A stretch of 64,000 nucleotides of DNA from Opitutales bacterium (GCA_046881885.1 JBKSMP010000022.1:4255-68254), one strand, 5' to 3'. Positions 48,259-57,992 are shown, counted from the first letter of the stretch. Notes: a model not told the origin generated them from the letters alone. Program-made: numbers and translations.

Positions 48259-50565
48259 TTACCTAAAAACCTCCTGAGTTTTTTGAATCAGCGGTTGCAA
48301 CAATTCGCGAGAATGCTTCATTAAACTGCCATTAATCCAAATCGGTAAATCTTTTTTGGGGGCATGAATACTTTTTAAAGTTGTTATCAATAAAGCGGGT
48401 CCACCATTTCCGTGTAGTAAAATTTGCGGTGAGCTATGTTGATCTAATGGTACATAATAATGTCGAGTACGCTGTGGTTGCGACGAAATTGTATCGAACA
48501 AGTTATTAGGATTGGTAGCATATAAATAATTATGTCCTATATAATCTTGTTTTTTTCTAAAATCCCCATTGAAACGTAACTGTTTGGATGGTAGTTGCTT
48601 CAAAGGTACACCCAACAAACGCATTCTAAAACATTGTTCTAAAATCCATGAATCATTTTCTTTCAAACTTGGATCGAAATGATTTTCAACATAAGAAAAA
48701 TACGCCAGACATTGTTGTTGGATGGATGGACGATCTAGTAAATAATCCAACAAATCGGGTTGTGAAAACGTAATTCTCGGATTAATGAAGGTTGTAAGCG
48801 CTAACAATTCGTCATAAAGATCTTTTTGTTTCAAGTGCTTTAGTACATCCAATAATTGAACATAAGCAAAGGAATGATGCGGCAAAATAGTAATAGCCTT
48901 ACAAAAATAATGAATCGCTTGAGCGGTATTTTTTAAAGATATATGCAAGGCACCTAAGCTTTCCAAAACTTCTGGTTGATGCGCATTTACTTGCAAAGAA
49001 CGCTCATAGTAATCTGCTGATTTTTGCATCAATTCCTTAGATTTTAAATAACCCTTACAGGAGAAATAATAGCCTCCGTGATTCAAATAATATAAATTAT
49101 GCGGATCATACTGCAAGGCTTTATCGAGCGACTGTACACACTCAAAACTTGGCTTTTGAGCTTTGATGAGAAAGTCTCTGAAATAATATCGTCCGAGGAC
49201 ATCATGAATGCTGGTAATGGTTAAAACAATAAAAATTAAGGTATAAATACCTCGAAGGCCCCAATAGGCAACAGATTGAGCAGGTTGAAAATCGCAATAT
49301 TTTACGTAAAGGAAAACGATAAAGCCAGCAACAAGGCACATAAAACTCGAAATAACAAACATATCCCATGAAGATTCGCTTACAAAAGCGAGATACGCAA
49401 CACAACTGAGTAAACAGCCCAATAAGGGGTAACGATAGTCTTTAGGCAATTTCGAACTTTTTAATACCCTAATACCTGCATAGAGAATAAAAATAATAAT
49501 CGACAAAAAACTTAGGCCACCGATAAGACCAAACTCGATTAAAAATTGTACTAAGGGTACATGGAGTTGCCAGCAGTGATGGACGACGTCCGGATACGAT
49601 TCTAAGTAATGCAAGGGAGTTGTCGTAATACCATGGCCCCATAAAGGCTTTTGTGAAAAAATTTTAAAGCCATCTTGGGCCGCATACCATCGTGTGGCAG
49701 CAAAACCTTTAATGTCACCACTCGCCAATCGCGTAATAATACTTTGTAATTTAGGCGTTTTATAGCAAACAATACAAAAAAGACTCAAAGCACTTATACC
49801 GATTATCCAACGTAGCTTTTTCGAAAGCTTAATTTTTGCTCTTAAAAACAGGATAAAACTTACGCATAAAACACAACCAAAACTTAAATAAGCGCCTCTA
49901 CACTTTGAAGCAACTAATAATACGCCTGCATAGATACTTCCTAAAAACCAAAAACTACGTTTTAATTTCGATTTCTCCGACAAAACTAATCCAGCTAAAA
50001 AAGGGAATACCAATACTGCAAACAACCCAGCGTAATTGATATAACTAAAAGGATGGGCTACTGTTAATTTGGGCAATTGGATAAATTGCAAAAGCGCAAT
50101 CGCATTAAAGAAATAATGTGTCAATAAATAACTAAAAGGATAAGTATGTCCGCAATTGAGTTGATGGCAGGCAAGCATCAAACAAAGTGCAAAGTGTAAA
50201 AACAAAACAACGGCGTATCCTAAATACTGTATGCGTTTTAATGGAGAATTTTCTTTTAAAGTCCAATACAAAAAACTGAGTGCACAGGCCGCCAACAAAA
50301 TATCGAGTTCGCTGCCTGCACGTACTGTATAGTTACTATTTAGAACAGATCCTATAAGTGCCAATCCAAAGACAAACAAGCCTCCCGAAAACCATTTAGA
50401 TATGTGTAATTTTTCAAAACACAATTTCCATAAAGCAACGCCTGCAAGACCTAAATAAAAACTCTTAAATATCCATATGTATTCAAATGCAAAACGACGC
50501 GTAGGAGCTATGCTACTTACAACAAAAAAAATTAATAGTAAAAAAAAGCTTTTGTTCACTCTCAT
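48259..50565 (-). CDS. O-antigen ligase/polymerase-like membrane protein (Wzy_C-type) with C-terminal TPR-like repeats
   Basis: About 12 TM helices with a loop HHCWQLHVPLVQFLIEFGLIGG resembling the Wzy_C motif. The soluble C-terminal half has TPR-like A..YY..AL...P repeats. Confidence 0.65.
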   Translation of the reverse strand: MRVNKSFFLLLIFFVVSSIAPTRRFAFEYIWIFKSFYLGLAGVALWKLCFEKLHISKWFSGGLFVFGLALIGSVLNSNYTVRAGSELDILLAACALSFLYWTLKENSPLKRIQYLGYAVVLFLHFALCLMLACHQLNCGHTYPFSYLLTHYFFNAIALLQFIQLPKLTVAHPFSYINYAGLFAVLVFPFLAGLVLSEKSKLKRSFWFLGSIYAGVLLVASKCRGAYLSFGCVLCVSFILFLRAKIKLSKKLRWIIGISALSLFCIVCYKTPKLQSIITRLASGDIKGFAATRWYAAQDGFKIFSQKPLWGHGITTTPLHYLESYPDVVHHCWQLHVPLVQFLIEFGLIGGLSFLSIIIFILYAGIRVLKSSKLPKDYRYPLLGCLLSCVAYLAFVSESSWDMFVISSFMCLVAGFIVFLYVKYCDFQPAQSVAYWGLRGIYTLIFIVLTITSIHDVLGRYYFRDFLIKAQKPSFECVQSLDKALQYDPHNLYYLNHGGYYFSCKGYLKSKELMQKSADYYERSLQVNAHQPEVLESLGALHISLKNTAQAIHYFCKAITILPHHSFAYVQLLDVLKHLKQKDLYDELLALTTFINPRITFSQPDLLDYLLDRPSIQQQCLAYFSYVENHFDPSLKENDSWILEQCFRMRLLGVPLKQLPSKQLRFNGDFRKKQDYIGHNYLYATNPNNLFDTISSQPQRTRHYYVPLDQHSSPQILLHGNGGPALLITTLKSIHAPKKDLPIWINGSLMKHSRELLQPLIQKTQEVFR

Positions 50566-50670
50566 TATTTATTATAATAAACCCAGTTTGGAAAAAGAAA
50601 AGTATTTTTCTTTACAAACTCAGAATCATTTAAATCATATACTAAAATAATAAATCGAAAGGAAAATTAT

Positions 50671-51336
50671 ATGTTAAATGTAAGTAAATTATTAAAAATG
50701 GCAAGTATTGCTGCAGGAACGTTAGGTACAACTTGGCTAGTTGCTGGTTGGTGCAATCATTGTAACCGACTTCATAACGGTAATCGCTGTCCAGCAGAAA
50801 CAATTGGAGCAGCAAATCATCCTTATGCGTGCAACGATCAAGCTTACGGTTGTGGTTATGATAATCCTTACGCAAATGGCTACGATCAAGGTCGCATGCA
50901 AGGCTACAATGAAGCCTATAGAAACTTCAATTGCCTCCAATGGTTTAATGAATGGGAGTGTGAAGGCTGGGATAGCGATGATGAAGAAGAATATGTACGA
51001 CAAGCAGAAGAACGTGCACGCGAATTAAGACGTCGCAGAAATCGTCACCATGCCCAATCTGAAGCTCGCAGACGCCAACAAGCAGTCGATAATATTTATC
51101 AAATGCATTCTCTAGATGATTTACAAACGATATTACAAGCTCTTCAATATCGTGCGCAAAATTTAGGTTTCCAAATCAGAGATAATCAAATTGTACGTCC
51201 AGGGTTTAATTGTGGCGGCTACAATCCTTATGGTTGTAACGAAATGAATCACTACGGTTACAATTGCCACAATGATTATGGCTATCATTGCAATCCATAT
51301 TATAATTATGGTTGTGGGTACGGTTGCAATTGGTAA
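50671..51336 (+). CDS. orphan Cys/Tyr/Gly/Asn-rich bipartite protein with a central acidic/Arg-rich helix
   Basis: SD aaaggaaaa lies upstream and a strong terminator follows. The protein has a hydrophobic N-terminus, two CYGN-rich ends (e.g. GYNCHNDYGYHCNPYYNYGCGYGCNW), and a centre reading DSDDEEEYVRQAEERARELRRRRNRHH. Confidence 0.6.
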   Translation: MLNVSKLLKMASIAAGTLGTTWLVAGWCNHCNRLHNGNRCPAETIGAANHPYACNDQAYGCGYDNPYANGYDQGRMQGYNEAYRNFNCLQWFNEWECEGWDSDDEEEYVRQAEERARELRRRRNRHHAQSEARRRQQAVDNIYQMHSLDDLQTILQALQYRAQNLGFQIRDNQIVRPGFNCGGYNPYGCNEMNHYGYNCHNDYGYHCNPYYNYGCGYGCNW

Positions 51337-51357
51337 CTCATAAATTAGCATTCTTTT

Positions 51358-51392
51358 AAAATCTCCCTGTTGGGAGATTTTTTTATTTTTTG
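51358..51392 (+). terminator. rho-independent terminator
   Basis: Stem aaatctccc / gggagattt with a tgtt loop, followed by a long T-run. Confidence 0.85.
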
Positions 51393-51435
51393 TGATTGCA
51401 TTTTCCACAAAATAAGTTTCTTATAGGTATGAAGA

Positions 51436-51521
51436 GCTTGAGTGGCGGAATGGTAGACGCTGAGGACTTAAAATCCTCTGATCGAAAGATCGTGCGGGTT
51501 CAAGTCCCGCCTCGAGCACCA
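51436..51521 (+). tRNA. tRNA-Leu (anticodon UAA)
   Basis: 86-nt type II tRNA: GCTTGAG acceptor, anticodon arm GAGGA-CTTAAAA-TCCTC, long variable arm GATCGAAAGATC, T arm GCGGG-TTCAAGT-CCCGC, and an encoded CCA. Confidence 0.92.
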
Positions 51522-51554
51522 CGTTAGGATGCTAGTGTAAAAAAGTTCTTATTT

Positions 51555-52568
51555 CTAATCGTTTTTATTTAACATTTGCAGAATCCAGCGTTTATGAGGC
51601 CCGCTTAAGGCACGAGCAGGAAGCTGCTCCAAAGGAATGGCAATACAGCCCTGAAAAGGCTCAAATTGTGGTAATTTATGTATTGCTAAAACCCTCTCAG
51701 GCTGGAAGACTTCCTCTGTATAACTTACTGTACCAATGCTACGTTTGCCTTTAAAAAAAAATTCTATTTTTCCGAGAAAATTTTTACGGTCCTGAGTTAA
51801 AAACGGTAATTCTAGCAATTTACTCCTACCACCAATCGCAGACGGCTCCAAAAGCAAGCAATTTTCATTCAGCAGCCAAATTCTTTCTCGTTTGGCAAAC
51901 GATCGCTGCAATTGGACAAATTTTGGACATTCCGCAACCGTATCGGCTTTAAATGCCTCACACAAAGACCTTAATGGACATTCTAGGCAAGTAGGATTTT
52001 GTTTCGTACAGCAAACTGCACCTAATTCCATCAAGGCTTCGTTAAACTTACCAGGCTGTGTTTTATCCAGCAAATTTTGAGCTTTATTTCTAAAAAATTG
52101 AACTGCTAAACTTTTAGTAGAAAAGGCTTCTGTATGGTTAAAAATTCGCGCCAACACACGAACAACATTTCCGTCAACTACAGCAACAGGCTCATTAAAA
52201 GAAATACTTGCAATCGCGGCTGCGGTATAATCCCCAATACCGTTCACTTGTTTTAACTCTGAAAAAGAAGTAATTGGGTTTTCGCAATATTTTTTGGCAA
52301 AAGCGTGAAGATTGCGAGCTCTCGAATAATATCCTAAGCCTGCCCAATCACGCATAATTTCTGCTTCATCAGCATCTGCAAGGACTTGAAAATTAGGATA
52401 ATGTGCCATCCATCGCTCAAAATAAGGCAATACCGTTTTAACTTGAGTTTGCTGTAGCATAAACTCAGAAACAACTGTTTTATAGAGATTGGGCTTTAAG
52501 CGCCAAGGTAATTGCCGTGCATTTTTCGCAAACCATTGTAATAGGTTTTGACGGAAAAGAGTCTCCAT
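51555..52568 (-). CDS. mutY: A/G-specific adenine DNA glycosylase MutY
   Basis: HhH-GPD core (LPWR...VSEFMLQQTQV; GIGDYTAAAI), the 4Fe-4S loop C..Q.P.C..CP....C, and a C-terminal NUDIX-like domain. ATG 52568 is preferred over TTG 52577. Confidence 0.9.
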   Translation of the reverse strand: METLFRQNLLQWFAKNARQLPWRLKPNLYKTVVSEFMLQQTQVKTVLPYFERWMAHYPNFQVLADADEAEIMRDWAGLGYYSRARNLHAFAKKYCENPITSFSELKQVNGIGDYTAAAIASISFNEPVAVVDGNVVRVLARIFNHTEAFSTKSLAVQFFRNKAQNLLDKTQPGKFNEALMELGAVCCTKQNPTCLECPLRSLCEAFKADTVAECPKFVQLQRSFAKRERIWLLNENCLLLEPSAIGGRSKLLELPFLTQDRKNFLGKIEFFFKGKRSIGTVSYTEEVFQPERVLAIHKLPQFEPFQGCIAIPLEQLPARALSGPHKRWILQMLNKND

Positions 52569-52570
52569 TT

Positions 52571-53212
52571 TCACCAAACCTGATGCTTTGTATCGTACGC
52601 ATGTAAGTTTTTAGGAACCGCATCCTTAATATTAGATACAACCACACCTGTTTTGAAATGAACAAGTTGCTCTTTCAAGTTTTTATAAAACTCCACATGA
52701 CCATCCATATAAGCCACTAAACCACCTTGTTTACCGTATAAACTATCTTCTTCCCATTCACCTGTTTCAACGTTTAAACCTTTTGAATAGAGCAATGGCG
52801 TCGTTTCAAGAGGGGCATTAGTAGGAATTCCTCGAATCACAACCCAACTCAGCTGTAAGTCTCTAAAATCCGCCAACATATCTTGATTAGGACCTACAAT
52901 TCTCTTTGGAATCATCTGCGTATCCTGAGTACACACATAACAATTAGGGTCGTTAATCCCCCCATTATTAGCTAAAACCGCAGCCCATCTTTGAAAATTA
53001 GAAGCCGTATTCAATTCTCGAAAAACGCTCGTATCCTGCGCACAGCTTAAATAGGATAAAGCTATTTGGCGCAAATTATGGATATCTTTTGCAATTTGGG
53101 ATTTAAACACCATTTTACGTCCTAGCGGAAATAAAAAACTCATAAAAACACTTATGATCGTTATAACCGCTAACAACTCAATAAGCGTAAATCCTTTTTC
53201 TTTCTTATCCAT
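52571..53212 (-). CDS. prepilin-type N-terminal methylation domain protein (pseudopilin, DUF1559-like C-terminus)
   Basis: KGFTLIELLAVITIISV cleavage/methylation motif. C-terminal GGLVAYMDGHVEF resembles the ...DG(S/H)V motif of DUF1559 (H-X9-DG) proteins, though the His is not at the canonical spacing. Confidence 0.7.
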   Translation of the reverse strand: MDKKEKGFTLIELLAVITIISVFMSFLFPLGRKMVFKSQIAKDIHNLRQIALSYLSCAQDTSVFRELNTASNFQRWAAVLANNGGINDPNCYVCTQDTQMIPKRIVGPNQDMLADFRDLQLSWVVIRGIPTNAPLETTPLLYSKGLNVETGEWEEDSLYGKQGGLVAYMDGHVEFYKNLKEQLVHFKTGVVVSNIKDAVPKNLHAYDTKHQVW

Positions 53213-53215
53213 TTA

Positions 53216-53929
53216 CTAATTTTTAAAAACTTCCTCCCAAGTAAGCTGAGACAACTTTTGTACTTGAGTAAAAAATCGCCAAACGATACATAACAATCCT
53301 AAAGTTGCAGGAACCGCAATAATGGCAAAACTCCATCCAGTTAGAAGTCCTAATTCATGATTAAACTCAATACTTCCAGCTGGATGCACAACAAGGTATT
53401 TGGCTAAAAGATAGTTTAAGGTTGCACTAAAAAAGAAAAGTCCCGATAAAATCCATTCGTATAGGATTACATGCTGATTAAGTACTGGAAGGGTTTTATT
53501 TTGCTCCAAACGTTCTAAAATAAATTTCGTATTACATATCTGATCATTTAGAAGAAATTTTATCAAAAACGGCGGTTTTCTTAACAATCGCATAATGACC
53601 AACCCTACTCCAAAAATCGTTGGCACCAGCATTTCATTAATCGCTAACAATTGATTTGAACCTTCAAATAATCCCACACTTCCCTTTACAACAATGCTAA
53701 TAAGACCTAAAAACGCAATCCAATTAAAGTGCGCTTCTTTTACCCAATCTAAGATTCCATAAGATAAAGGGCAAGAAATTGCTAAGGCCAAAGCAACTTT
53801 AGCTGAAACATGTAAAAATGAATGTCCATGCATCAACAAAACTGTTGGTAAACAGAGATTAAAAAAAAGTTCCCATAATAAAGATTTGCCCTGATTTTCA
53901 GATTGAGCCTCTTTTTTTTCGCTTGTCAT
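53216..53929 (-). CDS. hypothetical polytopic membrane protein
   Basis: 6-7 hydrophobic segments. It lies first in a co-directional run with the pseudopilin and mutY, 3 nt from the next gene. No family recognised with confidence. Confidence 0.5.
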   Translation of the reverse strand: MTSEKKEAQSENQGKSLLWELFFNLCLPTVLLMHGHSFLHVSAKVALALAISCPLSYGILDWVKEAHFNWIAFLGLISIVVKGSVGLFEGSNQLLAINEMLVPTIFGVGLVIMRLLRKPPFLIKFLLNDQICNTKFILERLEQNKTLPVLNQHVILYEWILSGLFFFSATLNYLLAKYLVVHPAGSIEFNHELGLLTGWSFAIIAVPATLGLLCIVWRFFTQVQKLSQLTWEEVFKN

Positions 53930-53968
53930 AAGTCTATATTGATATTTAAAGTAAATTGTATATTCGTT

Positions 53969-56029
53969 ATGGTCAAGGTGTTTTTACGTGAATCCGCAAG
54001 TGCTTGCCTAGAGCAATTAAAAGCTCTTTGTAGTTCGTTAACACACGCTTGTATTTTGGTTCCCAATTGTACTTATCAAAAAAATTGCATAAAATTCCAT
54101 ACTTCAAACGTACCTATTTTTACTCCATCGCAATGGATGGAAATATTAGGATTAAAACCGTTAAAAATTGAAGAAAGTCTCTTCTTAAACATTTACGATC
54201 CTTTTAATGATCCTGCTATCAATAGTATAAATTTATTGCAAACGTATCCAGACTCGTTTCGACAAACCTGGTTAAATTGGATGAAAGAAAATGGAATACA
54301 TCATTTTTCAGACAGTACCCAAACTCGTATAAAAAATTTTCCTTTTAATTCCGTTATTTTGTATGGCCACTTTGAAACCAACCATCGTAATGTCATAACA
54401 AAAGTCTTACAAAATTTAAACGTAAATTGCTATCAAATTTTATATGCCACCTCCCCTAATTCTCGAGAAAATAAAAATCTAAAATTCGTAGAAAATTCCG
54501 AATGTTTTCAGTCTATTTCTACAAAAAATACTACAGTCGAACGATATTTTGTACAAAAATTTCTAGAAGAAAATCCAGATACTGTATGTGTAGAATTACC
54601 TGGATTATCCTATGAATTTTTAATCCAAACCCCAACAAACAAAATCCTAGAAGCCTGGTTAGATTGGCAAGAAAAAGGTGATTTAAGTCATTTTCTTATT
54701 TATCTAAAAAATCATTTAGAAAACGATTTGGAAGCATTCAAGGAAGCAAAATTAAAGCTCGAACAAGCTTTTTCCGCCTGTTTAACGGATGATTTTACGC
54801 TTTTACAAGCTTCTATTTTAAAAAAAGAAAAGTATTGGATTGAAAACTTCAAACAAGGTCATTGGCCCATAGAAGCTTCATTTATAAGCTTTATCCAAAT
54901 TTTACAAAAAGTTACGCCCGACAATTTTAAGCCATTTTTCTTAAAACTTCCATCGTTTCCATTCATCATAACTAAAGAAGAATTTTTTACTTATTTACGA
55001 CGCCTCATAAACAATCAAGAAAAAGCTCTAAAATCTGTTAAGCGACTGGAAGAAGTTCTGTACTTTCCTTTTTCCGCATATCTTATTCCACATTGTATTA
55101 AATCGAATAGAGAACAAATCTATCAACACATTTGCTCTTTTATTGCTTCTGCAGTTCTAGACGGCAAAAAAGTTACTGTATGTGCCCCGCAAACAGATGA
55201 CAAGAAGGAAGCTTTACAAAACCTCTACCTAAGTCAAAAAATTTTTGAAATTCCATTAAAATCCAAAGCTACTTCGGAAACAAAAACAAATTTATCGTTA
55301 CCCACTAAATTACTGCAAAATTTGTCCTGCAAAAACTGGGAACGGTTTTATTTATGCCCATTGCAAACCTGGATAGAAAATATCTTAAAAACACAAAAAT
55401 CTCCTCTGCATTACTTTCGAATAAAAACCAAAATCATTGGAGAATGGGTTCACGAAAATTTACAATTCGACAAAACCCCTACCGCATTTGAAAATTGGCT
55501 CCAAATTATTCAAAAAAACGCTGATGTACGTTGGCGGGTTTTGAAACAAAGCTTTGAAGAAAATGATCAAAATATGCCACAAGTTCTTAAAACTTGGCAT
55601 AAAAAAAGTTTATTTTGGGCTCAACAAATGGCATCCGCCTGTCAAGATCTCTTACGTTATGAATTATATTCCGAATGGACACTTCCAACCGACGCACCTT
55701 TTAAGGGTCGTATAGATCTCCTAGCCATCAAACAAAATGAAGCTATCGTTGTCGATTATAAGACGGCTCTTCATTACCTTTTTACCCCTAAACAAATTAA
55801 CAAAGGTCATGGTCTGCAACTGTGGCTCTATGGAACTTATCTACAATCTATCGGGAAATCAGTATACTTAAGAATCATCGACCGTTTTGGAAAATCAACT
55901 CAGCTCGATTTTGATTCAACAAAATCCGAAGTTGCAGATATCGAATCTTGGCTCAATTCTATTCAAAAATCCGGTACTTATTCCAATTTACCGGAAGAAA
56001 AGAAAGATACATTACCACTGTGCTTATAA
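53969..56029 (+). CDS. AddB-like protein with a C-terminal PD-(D/E)XK nuclease motif
   Basis: C-terminal GRIDLLAIKQNEAIVVDYKT...QLWLY matches the D...(D/E)xK nuclease pattern of AddB/Cas4-type domains. There is no Walker A. ATG 53969 is preferred, since the track start at 53903 overlaps the divergent gene. Confidence 0.6.
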   Translation: MVKVFLRESASACLEQLKALCSSLTHACILVPNCTYQKNCIKFHTSNVPIFTPSQWMEILGLKPLKIEESLFLNIYDPFNDPAINSINLLQTYPDSFRQTWLNWMKENGIHHFSDSTQTRIKNFPFNSVILYGHFETNHRNVITKVLQNLNVNCYQILYATSPNSRENKNLKFVENSECFQSISTKNTTVERYFVQKFLEENPDTVCVELPGLSYEFLIQTPTNKILEAWLDWQEKGDLSHFLIYLKNHLENDLEAFKEAKLKLEQAFSACLTDDFTLLQASILKKEKYWIENFKQGHWPIEASFISFIQILQKVTPDNFKPFFLKLPSFPFIITKEEFFTYLRRLINNQEKALKSVKRLEEVLYFPFSAYLIPHCIKSNREQIYQHICSFIASAVLDGKKVTVCAPQTDDKKEALQNLYLSQKIFEIPLKSKATSETKTNLSLPTKLLQNLSCKNWERFYLCPLQTWIENILKTQKSPLHYFRIKTKIIGEWVHENLQFDKTPTAFENWLQIIQKNADVRWRVLKQSFEENDQNMPQVLKTWHKKSLFWAQQMASACQDLLRYELYSEWTLPTDAPFKGRIDLLAIKQNEAIVVDYKTALHYLFTPKQINKGHGLQLWLYGTYLQSIGKSVYLRIIDRFGKSTQLDFDSTKSEVADIESWLNSIQKSGTYSNLPEEKKDTLPLCL

Positions 56030-56113
56030 ACTACTTAAAAAGCGCTTAAAATATCATGATTTTATCTGCCACAAAACAAATAAAAAACTAGACAACGACA
56101 CCCACACTTTTCT

Positions 56114-57949
56114 CTACTGTTTAAACTCAGGAATAAATTCTTTAATGAACTGGAGGCTAGCTTCATTGGAAGTCAATTTTTTAATTTCCTCCAGATAGGT
56201 TTGAACAGGTTTCATCGTCTGTAAAAAGGATTTATCGCTCTTAAATAAGCCAATTAATTTGTTATCCGTTGGCAAAATTTCATTTGGATCAAAGACTAAA
56301 TCTTCATGCAATTTTTCACCTGGACGAATACCGGTATAAACAATTTCGATATCGCTTCCGACTCGCAAATTGTTAAGTTCTATCATGCGTCGAGCCAAAT
56401 CGACAATCTTAACAGGTTTACCCATATCAAGAACATAAATATTTCCTGCAATATTTTTAAAACTGAAAGCTTCTAAAATTAAGCCCACAGCTTCTGGAAT
56501 CGTCATGAAAAAACGCGTCATGTTCGGATGGGTAACCGTAACAGGACCACCTCGTAAAATTTGCTCACGAAACGTAGGTAAAACACTTCCGGCAGATCCC
56601 AAAACATTTCCAAAGCGCACAGCCATAAACTGAGTTTTATTATTCGCTTGTTCTTGAATAGCCATACAAAGCATTTCACAAATACGCTTTGTTGCCCCCA
56701 TATTATTAACAGGATTTATGGCCTTATCCGTTGATATAAGCACAAATTTATCAACTCCCAATTCGCTTGCACATTGTGCCAAAATCCCTGTTCCTAAAAC
56801 ATTATTGCGTACAGCTACAAGCGGTTGTCCTTCCAACAAAGGCACATGTTTGTAAGCAGCCGCGTGAAAAATAATCGATGGACGATAGGTTTGTAAACAA
56901 GCTCGCGTCGCTTCTTCATTCGAAATATTAAGTAAAACCGGTACGCAACCAATTCCTTTCTGTAATAAATCTTGCTCTATTTTGAATAAATTATATTCGG
57001 AATGATCGATTAAAATCAGCTTTTGCGGACCTTTTAGAGCAATTTGACGTACTAATTCACTGCCAATAGAACCTCCTGCACCCGTTATGCAAACAACTTT
57101 ATTGGAAATAGCTTGCGTACTTTGATCAAGATTTAGATGAATAGGATCACGTTCTAAAAAATCTTCAACATCCAAAGGTCTCATCCGTGTTGTAAACGCA
57201 CGTCCTTCAAAAAAATCTTCAAACGAAGGAATTGTAAATGTCTTTAAATTCAAATTTTTAGCTAATTCCGACAATTCCCAAATACGCTTTTGAGATAGCG
57301 CACGTGCAATAAAAACAACACCACCAATACTATCTTTTTGGGCCAAATCCGAAAGCAAATCAGGCGAACCTAAAATCGGAACACCATGTAAACGTCTGCC
57401 ATAATATTTAGGCTCGTCATCCAAAATGGCCACCGGAAATACTCCATAAAAGTGTTTTGTTTTTAATTCAGAAATAATTTGTGAACTAAATTCATCTGTT
57501 CCAATAACAACTACTTTTAATGCATTAGGACGTTGTTGAGCATGTTCCGAATCTAAACGTCCATTAATAATTCGCAAACTTGTCCTGAAAAACAAAATAA
57601 ATAAAATAGAAAATAATAAATCAGATAAAATAACTTCCCTTGTGGGAATTACTGCTTGAAATTCTGTAAATCTTAAAAGTAAAAGTGCAAAAGCAAATAC
57701 ACTAAAAACGGAAACAATTTTTACCAAATCCGGTAAACGAAAATAGGCAAAAATGCCCTTAAATTCACCTAAGGTAATCAATAAAAGCAACTTTATAGGA
57801 ACTAAAATCCCAATCTGTTGCCACATAATTTCCTGTACGCAAACAGGAATTGAAAATGCATATTTTAGCGCATAAGCAAGAAATAAACTTGCTGCTAAGC
57901 AAAAAAAATAAGTACCTACCTTAAGCGTTAATGTAAATAATTTTTTCAT
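56114..57949 (-). CDS. polysaccharide biosynthesis protein, membrane-anchored nucleotide-sugar 4,6-dehydratase (CapD/PglF/WbpM family)
   Basis: Four N-terminal TM helices, a Rossmann motif VCITGAGGSIGSEL, and AAAYKHVP. Start at ATG 57949 (MKKLFTL...), downstream of the rpsA hairpin. Confidence 0.9.
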   Translation of the reverse strand: MKKLFTLTLKVGTYFFCLAASLFLAYALKYAFSIPVCVQEIMWQQIGILVPIKLLLLITLGEFKGIFAYFRLPDLVKIVSVFSVFAFALLLLRFTEFQAVIPTREVILSDLLFSILFILFFRTSLRIINGRLDSEHAQQRPNALKVVVIGTDEFSSQIISELKTKHFYGVFPVAILDDEPKYYGRRLHGVPILGSPDLLSDLAQKDSIGGVVFIARALSQKRIWELSELAKNLNLKTFTIPSFEDFFEGRAFTTRMRPLDVEDFLERDPIHLNLDQSTQAISNKVVCITGAGGSIGSELVRQIALKGPQKLILIDHSEYNLFKIEQDLLQKGIGCVPVLLNISNEEATRACLQTYRPSIIFHAAAYKHVPLLEGQPLVAVRNNVLGTGILAQCASELGVDKFVLISTDKAINPVNNMGATKRICEMLCMAIQEQANNKTQFMAVRFGNVLGSAGSVLPTFREQILRGGPVTVTHPNMTRFFMTIPEAVGLILEAFSFKNIAGNIYVLDMGKPVKIVDLARRMIELNNLRVGSDIEIVYTGIRPGEKLHEDLVFDPNEILPTDNKLIGLFKSDKSFLQTMKPVQTYLEEIKKLTSNEASLQFIKEFIPEFKQ

Positions 57950-57955
57950 AAAACC

Positions 57956-57983
57956 AAGGTGGACCTCCATAAGGATCCACCTT
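57956..57983 (-). terminator. hairpin after rpsA (terminator/attenuator-like)
   Basis: 8-bp stem aaggtgga / tccacctt with a 12-nt loop, 10 nt after the rpsA stop. On the minus strand it is followed by ggttttat. Confidence 0.5.
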
Positions 57984-57992
57984 AAATGAATA

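Noticed and set aside
50524-50547. Two T8 tracts (A8 on the plus strand) within the first 16 codons of the O-antigen-ligase-like gene, considered as slipped-strand phase-variation sites.
   Set aside because: They encode Phe/Leu runs of a TM helix in an AT-rich genome. An 8-nt A/T tract is at or below the usual threshold for phase variation. No population data are available.
50737-51408. Three additional ORFs (50737-51003 on -, 50741-51028 on +, 51163-51408 on -) overlapping the Cys/Tyr-rich gene.
   Set aside because: They are artefacts of the repetitive, low-complexity coding sequence. Only the 50671-51336 frame has an SD and a downstream terminator.
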